The notes under the pieces: generated by a model
Database searches by the model: none
Seen by the model: the letters and a program-made list of their open reading frames with translations, nothing else
Told to the model about the DNA's origin: nothing
Source of the DNA: Callorhinchus milii
Taxonomy: Eukaryota
Assembly (NCBI RefSeq): GCF_018977255.1
Contig: NW_024704742.1
Span: 130,202,001 to 130,266,000 of the forward strand
DNA length: 64,000 nt
Reading direction: 5' to 3'
Part shown: in pieces, positions 53,271 through 64,000 of the stretch
Position numbering within the stretch: the first letter of the stretch is position 1
How the letters are laid out: every line of letters begins with the position of its first letter
Translations under genes and position numbers: made by a program

Positions 53271-54171
53271 TGGCTGATGTATGTGGTAAAGGATTCGATC
53301 GCCAGCCCTTGAGCTCAAATCATGGGCTTGTCAATTATAATTGTTGCATTTAATATTAGCACCTTCTCAAATAGTCTGGATGTCTCAAAGCACCTCACAA
53401 GATTTCACTGGGAAGTAGTGACTGGATTTGTAGACAAACATGGCATGTGCTCTGCAACTCAGCATTACGTAAATGATCAATTGTATTTGGGGAATTGCCA
53501 GCCAGCACTTTTTGTGTCACAGGATGTTTAATGGCTGCCTAAATAGGCAGACGGGACCTTGACTGAACATCTCATTTGAAGGACGGTACTTTGGACAATA
53601 CAGTGCACCCCATTAATGTCAGCCTAGACTGTGAGCTCAAAGTTCTGATGCAGGGCTTGAACCCACAACCTTCTGACAGAGGTGAGAGTGCTAGCAGGTG
53701 AGAGTGACAATAGTACCGACTTTGACCTGTGATGGAGGTCAATACCTGTCACCGGATTCAAACACACACTCTGGGGTCCCCAAGCCTTGGCTTTTGCCAA
53801 CCTATGCCTAATACTTTCCAGAATTAGGTAAACAGGATGTGTCCCTCCAAGGAGAGAGTGCGCATTCCATTCCAACAAACTACCTCTGGGATTCCCACGT
53901 GTAATTGGGATGCATGGAATTCATAGCTTAGTTTGGACACTCTTAAGCATGGTGATGGTTTTTCGCATGTGTCAGACACCCGGCTGACCAAAATAAATTC
54001 CAACACTGTGTAGGTTGTTACAGTATTCTTTGACTCGACAACACATATCCTGGAGACCATTTCAGCTGGGGAAGATAAAGGGGCAGTGATCACACAGTGT
54101 GTGATCACTGCCCCTCATTTTCCTGGTAACATGACCCCAATTGAACAAAACAACACAATTTAGGATGAATT

Positions 54172-54177
54172 TTTATT
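54172..54177 (-). terminator. Probable poly(A) signal of the PDZD2-like gene (3' UTR about 3.5 kb)
   Basis: Minus-strand AATAAA followed by TTGTGTTGTTTTGTT. The sequence up to the stop codon is repeat-poor. Confidence 0.55.
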
Positions 54178-57100
54178 TCATAAAATAATGTTTGGAATCA
54201 CTATAAAACCCCGTTTATAGCAATTCTGGCTTTAAATAGAGAGTGCAAAGCCACTTTTAAAAAATATACAGTCCAGCTTGTAGTATTGCACTCTTTTCTT
54301 CCTCATAATTTCATCGAAGGCTTGTAAGCTAACTGTCGGCAAAGCAGTCAGAATTCTTACGCAAATTAAAAAAGTAATATTTTTACAACATTATTTTACA
54401 GTTTGTTGTGCATTCATTTTTCTTCTTAAACATAAAGGAGATCGATATAAAATTATAAATTCATCCGAAGTTGCCTTTAAATCGACCTGTTCTCAAGCTT
54501 CTCCGGTGCTTAAGGTGGATCTGGAGAGGGATCACAGGCAGGTCTGCAGTGGGAGATTGTGCAAATCCTAATTGCTGGAAGATGAGAACACGCAGAATCC
54601 TGTGTAACCTGGACGGCTCTGAACATCTCTCGTCTGTGCAATCGATAAGATTTTTGGATTTAGAAAAAAATGTAGTGAATTCAAAACACTGTTCTGATCT
54701 GTTTGAAAGTCTTTGAATAAAACACAAGATGAATTGGGATGGGGAGTTCTATACAGGGATCATAAAATACATGCGCCTGGTATGATATCTAGTTTAAACT
54801 CTCAAAGTCCAGGACTTTTTACATTGGCAGGATTATAGAAATCAGAACACTCAGCTCATTGAGCCTATACTAGAGGTGCTAACTCCTCCTCTGCAGCCAA
54901 GGACTCAAGTCCCAATCCGCTTCTCTTTTCCTATACTGATTCCCTGTACTCTTTTCAATTCTTGCTTTAAAAGAGAGCACCTGCAGCAAGTTCGAGTGAT
55001 CTGCATTCACATGTGATTGAAACCAGACTGTTCAGCAATATTCCAGACAATCTTTATTCCCCCGCCCCCTCGGAAAGACTGACTTGAATTGTAATGAGCT
55101 GCGATTTTACTAAGCGTTTTGGTGAGAGATGAAACCAGGGACCCAGAGGTTTTAGATGAGAGAAACTGGAGCTTTTTTTCCCACTTGCAACAAAGAAGCT
55201 TGAGATATAGGTGTTCAGATTTAGGAGGGATTTTTGATGAGATAAATTAGGGAGAAACTATTTACAACTGGTCGGTGAGTTGGTAACTGGAGAGCGTTAC
55301 CAAAAAAAAAGGGAGATATTAGCAGAATTTGTTTTCCCCCACATATATGCCCTATGGAAAAATAATCAGTGATTAAGCAGGATCCATAATTTTAAAAGGG
55401 AACTTGCCAAATACAATAAATTCCTGAGAACTCGTCACTCCAAGTGAAAAGGCCTCAATGACGGGTTATCCGGAGTGGCGGGTTAGGTTTACGTATAAAT
55501 ACATGAATAAATGCGGCTGGGATGTTGACAGCACGATGACTCAGGTGGTAGTGATAAATTAAGCCAGGTCGAGTTATCAGGAGTTTTACTGTATTTGAAT
55601 AATAACAATGTAAAATGGCCCAGGGGGAAAAGACATGGGGAAGTGGAATGAAAACAGACGGTTCTTTCAAAGAGAAACATGGAGCCACAATTGTCTCCTC
55701 TATTGTAAAATTTGATGATTCTCTGCGATAAGTCTATTTCAAACAATAGGGGAGAGGCAAAGCTACCAGGAATCAAACCCACCATGAAACAGAACTAGGA
55801 TCCAGGGAAGAGCAAGGTAGGATAACCTCCCCACTACCTCCCCAGAAACCCACGTTAATGGGATTGCACGCAGAGAATTCTACCAAACTGGCTGAGAGTC
55901 TGCTCGATCCATTTTGTAGCTTGCAGAATAATTTAATTTAAAAATCAATCCTTAAAAAAGGTCTCCATTGAAGTCCTTCATTTATAAAATGTACGGGCCT
56001 TTCTCCCGAATATTGATCACTCCTCACCTATTTTAGGAAATCATCAAGTACAATCAGATAAAATCACACTTAGCTGACCGCAGGCACATTGTGTTCCCCC
56101 AGGACCTGTTCAGGTACACAAACCAACTCTTATCACCTTCGAATGATATAAATGCAGCCCTGCCCAGTCCTCAGATTAAATTTAGTTTCAGGTGGTAAAG
56201 GTTTTGGGGGCTGTTTTCACTGGGCTATTGACTATAGAGATTAACCTGGGCGCATTGTGTCTCAACCTGTTTTGTTACAGAACACAGATTCCAACCACCT
56301 TTGCACTGTATGAACGAGAAATCACCTCAGATAAATTAAGTTCAGGTGATAAGGTTTGGGAGCTGTATTCCTATCACGGGACTACAAATGCTGAGATTAA
56401 CCTGGGTCAGCATCCAACACCTTGTGAATCTAATTTTAATTGAGGGCTTCTTAAAGTAGGATTAATCAGTTACTGCAGATAAAATTGCACCATTTAAAGT
56501 TGGATGCAGTACATTCCATCCTCAGACAAGAGCAGGAATATGTGAATTTCTAGATGAATAAAGAACAAGGTCCATCTAGTTCGCCTTCTACCATCCTGGT
56601 AGTCGCATGCTATAATAATTGGAGATCTTGATAGTAATTCATTCTGTATGGATTAGTCTGCAACAGAGGGAACCTTAGATTGAGTCTCACAACAATCTCT
56701 GGCTGATGTGCCCTAAAACTTAGTGCTCAGAGTCATTTAGCAGAACTTGTAAACGCTGTCAAGACTAATGGTCTATATATAAACGTGAGCCAGGCACGGT
56801 GTATATTCTAAGTTACAAGAACCATCCTTTTAAATGCCATTACACTCTGCTTGCAGGTTGTTTGGCTGTTCCTTCAATCAGGAGACCAGGATGATCAGTC
56901 AGCTTCTCCACCACATTCCCCAAACTACTCCGATTAGTTCAGAATATCAAGCGCTTAATTATGTCGTTCAATGTAAAAGAACATCACACTAGAAGGAGGG
57001 GGGTGAGAAAGAGGGTTGGGAGAAGCAATGCTAGTACACAATCTTCATCACTTCCCAAATGAATCATGGCCTATCCATTCGATGAACACAGGCACAGGCT

Positions 57101-57641
57101 TCTGGTGGAGAAGAACATGTTTGGTTCCTAACAGATTCCTTCAATTTAGTTTGATTTGGGCAGTCGCACTGTTATGGCCAAAACACGAGTGTTTCCTTCA
57201 CGTGAAGAGATGCAGGCATGGCATGATTTGACCTCACATAGTCTTGCCTGGATTGTGGAGAAGCAGGCTGAACAAGACAGATAGCCTCCATTAAGGTAAC
57301 CCTACAACGCTGCAGTTTAGTTGGTACATAACATGTAATGGACTCTGGAATGGAAGTTTGGAAGTGTTAGGCTTGCGAATCAGTAACTGGACAGTGCCTT
57401 CAGGAATGGCTTTGATAATGTTGCAAGCATCCGCTGGGTTATCTACTCATGTGGCATTTCAACCCGGAAAAGAAAAAAGGACATTTCAAGCTATTTCCGA
57501 CAGAACATGAAAGAATCTGCAGCTCAGTCTTTGCAGCATTACTTCACGTTCGTGTCTCTCTTTGGCACCCTGGCAAAGTGACATTAATCAGCCTCATGCT
57601 AATGTTTCAGTGGAACTGCAGTCAGAGCCGTCAAACCATCG

Positions 57642-57805
57642 CTACACAGTGTTAGGCTTGCGAATCAATAACTGGACAGTGCCTTCAGGAATGGCTTTGA
57701 TAATGTTCCAAGCATCGTAGTGCATGAGTCCATGCAAGAACTTCCCATTGATTGCAAGCACTTCATCCCCAATGTCAATCCTTCCAGACTGCTCAGAAGC
57801 GCCAC
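57642..57805 (-). CDS. PDZD2: PDZD2-like, last coding exon (C-terminal PDZ: GASEQSGRIDIGDEVLAINGKFLHGLMHYDAWNIIKAIPEGTVQLLIRKPNTV*)
   Basis: Acceptor CCTGCAG, phase 1, stop TAG. Matches the recalled PDZD2 end GLMHFDAWNIMKSVPEGPVQLLIRK. Confidence 0.88.
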
Positions 57806-57914
57806 CTGCAGGTCAATGGAGGCAAAACACTATTAGAACTTGCATTGCTAGAACCCTATTTCCAATTACATATCAATCTTAGCATTTGATACAGTGCCTT
57901 ACTACATGGTTGAA

Positions 57915-58590
57915 ACAACAACAAATTGCATTTGTATAGTGTCTTTCACGTCAGGAGGACGTCCCAAGGCGCTGAGCAGTCAGCACCCAAGCTGGTGGTT
58001 GGGATCAGGAGAGGTGGAGGGCGGGGAGGGGTAGGAGGGTGACCGAAGTTACGGTCGAAGAGAAGGGTATTGAGACAGGTCTTGAAGGAGGCAAGTGGGG
58101 GGGGGGGGGCAAGGCGGAAGTACTGTGTGATGGAGTTCCCACTCCATCCCATAGTGTTAAATGCCTCTGAGCACCAAGTCTTAGGGTACAGCAGCCAGAG
58201 ATTGCTGTGAGACTCGATCTAAGGTTCCCTAATCAGAGTAGTTTGGGGAATGTGGTGGAGAAGCTGACTGGTGGGGGCAGAGATGCTGAAGGCCCACCCA
58301 TTAATGGTGGGGTGGGCAAAGTGGGGGTGGTGAAGCAGGCCGGAGCCCATTGAGCGGAGGAAATGGATAGGTTGGTAGGAGGTTAGGAAGTCAAGAGATC
58401 GGGAGGAGCAAGACCATGGAGGACTTTGAATGTAAGGACCAAGATCTTGAACTGTATCCTCTGTGTGATGAGAAGCCAGTGGAGTCGGGCGAGGATGGGG
58501 GTGAGGGAAAGGACACGGGCTGCAGAGTTCTGGATGGTCTGCAGCCTGTGAAGGGAGGAGTTGAAGAAGCTGACAAGCAGGGAGCTTACA
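57915..58590 (-). mobile_element. Decayed L2 3' fragment (similar pieces at about 52560-53060, 60160-60550, 61460-61930 and 63830-64000)
   Basis: LASFKTCLNTLLFDR and the shared 3' stem CTTTCACGTC..GGACGTCCCAAGGCGCTG. Confidence 0.8.
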
Positions 58591-61117
58591 TAGACGTCTC
58601 AAAGCGCTTCACAGAATTTACTGGAAAGTGTAGTGACTGTGCGTTCTGTATGTAATTTTGGGGGGTCAGCCGAAACTCATCACCATGCTTAAGTGTATTA
58701 GAGAAATGGGGGCAGCCTTACTTAGGGAACAGCCCTCTCTGCACACTCTCACCAGCGAAAGACACACTAACTTTTGTTGCGGTGGACACCATGTGTGATT
58801 TTTTTGGATGCCTTTTTTCTATTCGATGTCTTATCGATCAGTACAGAAACATGCAATTTTCAAACAAATGGTAAAGGTTGATCCTGGATATGACCCCGGC
58901 CCCCAAACTTCAGCACAAACAAGTAGGGCACGAAGCTTTCAAACATTTCAGAGCCACCGTCATTGGCAGCCACCTAGTGTTCCACTCTCTTCATGGCATA
59001 CTGGTTTAGGCAAGTGGTGGATCATTTTTCTTTAGTCAGGGGCCGAACAACAACAGGAACAAGTTGGCAGAAAGGGTGGTAGAGGTCAGGACACTGGACT
59101 CATTTAAAAGCAGCTTGATGCAGTGTTAGGAAGGATGAGATTGGATGGGTTGAAGGGCCTTCTTCATCCAAATCAATCTTATGATCTCCATCTTCATCAC
59201 AATTTTCACTCAATATTTCGAACAGTGACTGAGAATTGATTGTGGAGCTCCATCTACTGGATTGGCCGATGTTTACAACTCAGTCCTACTGGTGAGAGGC
59301 AGGCTCATGATAGAGACAGTCACTGGTTACTGTAGTAGAAGAGGACCCTTCACTTACTAATGGCCTCATAACAGGACAAAGGCTTTTTAGCAACGAGATG
59401 GTGATGACAAAAGACTAGCATAGAGTGACAGACTTCTTTTGTGCCTCACACACACAAAATAAACAAGAGCGCTGAGCAACTTAAAAGGCCAATACAATAT
59501 CACTTGAAATTTTAACAAATTGTAGCTTCCACGAAATGAACAGCTGGAGCTGGAAAAAAAAGCACTGCAGACCACTCTGTGCTTGTTGCAAATAAAGCCA
59601 CACATTTACTCTGTGTGGTTCTGCACATTCCTACTTTTTTTTTTACATGATACATGTGGAAACACATCATCTGGCTAAAGAGCATCCAAACCAGACACGA
59701 GCTCCGTGTGTGTCACCTACACACGGGAATTTCCTTGCGTCTGGAATGCATTGCACGCTCTCTCTCCCTGAGAGCACATTCCTAAAACATTATCACGCTG
59801 AAACTGAAAAGGTAACAAATTTGATGCATTGAGAAGGCAGTACCAAGAACTTTCCAATTATACAATTTTCCACCAAACTAAGTGGGAGAGGGGGTGAAGA
59901 AGGCAAAAGTCAACTTGGATTTCTGCATCTGATCACTATTCACCTACAAAATACAGTCACGTCACATGAAGCGCTTTGAGATGTCTTCCTGATGTGAAAG
60001 GAACTGTATTAAATTAAAAAATTTTATTACTCTCACTCTGGATACTGTGAGACATTGTGATAATAATAATAATCCTTGCACAATAATCACATCGCTAAGA
60101 CATCTCAAAGCACTTCACAGAATATACTGTAAGGTGAATTGATTGTATATTTTGTGGACAAAACAACAACAAAATTGCATTTGTATAGCGCCTTTCACAT
60201 CAGGAGGACATCCCACGGCGCTGGACAGAGTTTCGGATCCGAGCTGGTTGTTGGGGTCGGGGAGGATGGAGGGGAAGGGGGAAGCAGGGAGATCGAAAGC
60301 ACGGTCGAAGAGGACGGTCTTGAGATGGGTCTTGAAGGTGGAGAGGGAGGGAGTGAGGTGGAGGGACTGCAGGATGGAGTTCCAGAGGGTGGGGGAAGAG
60401 TGGCGATAGGCTCACCCGCCAATAGTGGGGTGAGCAAGGTGGGGGACTTGAAGCAGGCCGGAGCCCGCTGAGCGGAAGGAATGACCAGGTTGGTAGGGGG
60501 TTAGGAGGTTGCAGAGGTAGGGGGCAGCAAGACCATGGAGGGCTTTGAAGCTCAATCATGAAGCAGTCGCAGATTGAGTGACCAAATTATTATTATTTTA
60601 TAATAATAATCCTTGCATTTGATATAGTACCTCATCACGTGGGCGAAAGGTAAGAGCCAATTACCCACAGCAGTGTTCCACAAACAGTCATGGATTGAGT
60701 GACCAAATTATTATTTTTTAAAAATTTTTTTTTGAAGGGATTATTACCCCCAGAAAAGTGATCCACCAATCAATTAACAACCAGGTTCCTACTTACTGCC
60801 AGGTAAACAGAGGCGTGTGGAGTAAGGACGCTTGTCCAATGCTTTGCCCTGTCCGGGAATCGAACCAGTAAGCTACAGGACTACACAGGCTTACATGCTG
60901 TTTATTCATGGCCTTTCTTGCTGAAAATCAAAGTGTCTGCCTGCAACACCCAGACCTGAATGGTACTGGACACTGTTACTGTAATACTCAACCAGTGACC
61001 CCCATTTAATCACTGATAGACAGCCCCTTTCAATTAGCATGTTTTTTGCCTCGATGTTGAGCTCACTCATAAGGGGATGCTTCCTTTATATGCTGCATTC
61101 TTAGTTAAATTGTTTAC

Positions 61118-61252
61118 CTCGAAATATCCGTTTAATATACAGAGGTCTGTCTCCATGGATTGATGCCTTTCCTCCATCTAGGCTGAATCCCAGGCCAGCA
61201 GAGGTCTTTAACAGCTCTACAGTGATAGCTCCACCTAGGTCCACATTTATTC
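61118..61252 (-). CDS. PDZD2: PDZD2-like, penultimate exon ([45 protein letters not shown])
   Basis: GLGF PDZ loop, acceptor TTACAG, donor G|GTAAAC, 135 nt, phase 1 to 1. Confidence 0.9.
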
Positions 61253-62577
61253 CTGTAACAGTGAGGAGAAAGACGTGAACGATCTCAGCCAAGGCTGATT
61301 GAGAAGATAAAGTTACCTCTGGGCTCTCCGGGTTAGGGAGGGAAAAACCAGCCAAAGTTCCCTTTACAGGAGCCATCACGTGTATTGTGCATGTGGGGCT
61401 GCCGGGTGAGGAGAAGTCAGGCTGAGCTGTGAAGCCATCTATTGTCAAATGGCCTCCCGACAAACAACAAACAACAACAAATTGCATTTATATAGTGCCT
61501 TTCACATCGGGAGGATATCCCAAGGTTCTGGACACTTGAGGGTTTGCATCCAAGCTGAGGGCTGGATTCTGGAAGGGTGGGGTCAAAGGGGGTGGGAAGA
61601 TGACCGAAGGCATGGTCAAAGAAGGTCTTGAGACAGACCTCGAAGGAGAAGAGGTTAGGGGTGAGGCAAAGGGACTCTAGGATGGTGTTCCAGAGAGTAG
61701 GGGCAAAAACGATGAAGGCCCGACTGCTGATGGTGCGACAGGCAGGGCGGGGATGTGAAGCAGGTCGGTGGCTGCCGAGCAGAAGGAGCAGGTGGGTTGA
61801 TGGTGGGGCAAGACTGTGGAGGGTTTTAAAAGCGAGAACGAGGATCCTGAATTCAATCCTCTGGGGGATGGGAAGCCAGTGGAGCCGGGCAGGGATGGGG
61901 TTGATAGGCTCGTGCAGCTTAGTACGAGAAAACTGACTCACTGCCAAAGCTCATACATGAACAAAGCACAAGTTAATGGAGAGCAACCAGTGCCCGTGGA
62001 ACTGCACCCCCAGGTTGGGTCAAAGTCTCAAAGCACTTCACAAGATCTTCTGTAAAGTGACTGGGTATTTGTAAGCAAATGCGGCAGGCAATCTGCACAC
62101 AGCAGTGTCCCACAAACAGCTATGGAGTGAGTGACCAATTTTATCTGGGAGATTGTTGGCCAGGACACCGAGAAAAACTCCTATCGCTTTTTCGAATAGC
62201 GCAATGGGATTTTTTAACATCCACCTCAACAGGCAGGCAAGGTTACAGGTGGCTTGAAACCACAACCTTCTGACTCCGAGGTGAGAGGTCTACCAACTGA
62301 TCCAGGTTGCCACCTACTTGCCTATGACACCCATTAATAATTTCCTGGCTGACGTTAAGTTAAACCAGCAAAGGTCAGGATTTGATCCTGTGATGTTCCA
62401 GCTATGCAGGTCTCTGTTTCACTCTACACGTTGACTTACCAACTGAAGCCACGATCCATAACAATCTAATTTCTTTAAAGAAGACATTATAAATACTACT
62501 GAATGTTGCTGCTAAGCTGCTGTGATGGAAGGAAATGCAGCATGATTTATAGGGGACCTGATGATTGACTTCCTTAC

Positions 62578-62848
62578 CCACTGTTGTTTCTATGGCAGTG
62601 TCTCTTGTCATCGAAAGACGTTTTCCTTTGGGAAGAGATACATCCTGCTGAGAGGAGACCTCTTCCACTTCTTTCCCTCGCTTGATTACAATGACGGATC
62701 GTTTGGGTAAGCGAGCTTGATGTAGAGTGTTGAGTGCGTCGCCATGGGTAGAGCCAACAACTGAGATCCCATTGATGGACAAGACGCTGTCTCCTCGTTG
62801 GATGGTCCCCTCTTGAGCGGCCACACCTCTCGCAAAGATTCTGTGGAT
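62578..62848 (-). CDS. PDZD2: PDZD2-like, third-last exon (second half of the penultimate PDZ plus linker)
   Basis: IHRIFARGVAAQEGTIQRGDSVLSING...LHQARLPKRSVIVIKRG, acceptor TATGCAG, donor G|GTAAGG. The linker resembles PDZD2 more than IL16 (recalled). Confidence 0.9.
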
Positions 62849-64000
62849 CTGCATAAAGATTTGTGGTTAAATCTACAAGGGGAACATCTATTATTAATTT
62901 GAGGCCTGGACTAATCGTTTCCTTACTCCACACACCTAATAATAATCCCTCCAAAAGCAAAAACAATAATAAATTGGTCATTTTCAATCTACGACTGTTT
63001 GTGGGACATTGCTGTGCGCAATTGGCTGCCGCGTTCGCCCACAAATATACAGTCAATTCATTTTACAGTGTGTTCTGTGAAGCGCTTTGAGACGTCCTCC
63101 CGACGTGAAAAGTGCTATATCAAATTCAAGGATTATTATTATTATTATTATCGTTAATCCTTGCATTTATACAGCGCCTTTTACGTAGGAAGGATGTCCC
63201 AAAGCGCTTAACAAAAATTACTGACTAAAAATCCGTAGGCGAACACAGCAATCAATTCAAGCATAGCAACATACCACAAACAGCCATAAAGTAAGTGACC
63301 TATTTTATTTGGGGGATTGTTGGCCAGGACACAGGGAGAAACTCCCTTCTCTTTTCGAATAGTGCCATGGAATCTTAATGTCCACCAACCAGACAGGACC
63401 TCGATTTATTGTCTCATTCGAAGGACGTCACTTCCAACAATGCAACACCTACCCAGCATTGCGTGTCAGAAAGTTGTGGGACTTGAACTCACATAGCTTA
63501 AGTGGAGCGTCAGTTTAGACTATGCAAATTCAAGTCCCCACAACTTTCTGACTAAGTCTGTCGATTGCTTAAAATGTATTTCTGGGCCAGGGAAGAGAGC
63601 GGATGTCGCCCAGATATTTTGTTGATCAAGCCCAGCAAGCATATCAGAGAAAAACAAAATGATCTGAAAGTCGGTCATTAAAAATTATATTTAATAAAGT
63701 TTGATTCAAATTAGGGCATAGGGCAAGCTGAAAGACAACAATTTCATTTCCCTGGATAGGAGCACTCCACATACTGGTGCACCACCTACAATGTTAATGG
63801 TGAACATCGTTATTCTAATAATAATAAAAAACAAGATTACATTTGCATAGTCGGGAGGATGTCCCAAGGCGCTGGGCAGTGTACAGCATTTCAGACCCAA
63901 CATGGGATCAGGGGGGAGAAGGGAGGGGAGGGGAAGGGGGGTGACCGATGGCCTGGTCGAAGAGGAGGCTTTTGAGGCGGGACTTGAAGGAGACTAAGGA

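Noticed and set aside
57642..62848. Calling the PDZ gene IL16
   Set aside because: The linker and C-terminus (KTSAGLG, GLMHYDAWN, VQLLIRK) fit recalled PDZD2 better. A phylogeny is needed to settle it.

Overview
Repeat-rich vertebrate genomic DNA. The SINE/L2/CR1/Penelope mix suggests a cartilaginous fish, possibly a chimaera (inference). Hidden among the repeats, and only partly visible in the ORF track, is a compact apoptosis locus. (1) A divergent multi-BH Bcl-2-family exon of MCL1/BCL2A1 type lies on the minus strand (557-90) and ends at the family's conserved BH2 intron. (2) Head-to-head with it are three tandem two-exon NOXA/PMAIP1-like BH3-only genes on the plus strand: A 10745-12076 (67 aa), B 22296-22975 (64 aa) and a much more divergent C 38359-40005 (64 aa). 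Each has a TATA/Inr promoter and a phase-1 intron just before the BH3 exon. (3) A dense GAS/ISRE/AP-1 motif cluster sits at about 49.0 kb, and convergent CTCF-like motifs bracket the cluster. (4) The last three coding exons and 3' UTR of a PDZD2/IL16-family gene, closer to PDZD2, are on the minus strand (62848-57642). All homology calls come from reading motifs and from recalled reference sequences; no search was run. Repeat boundaries are approximate.
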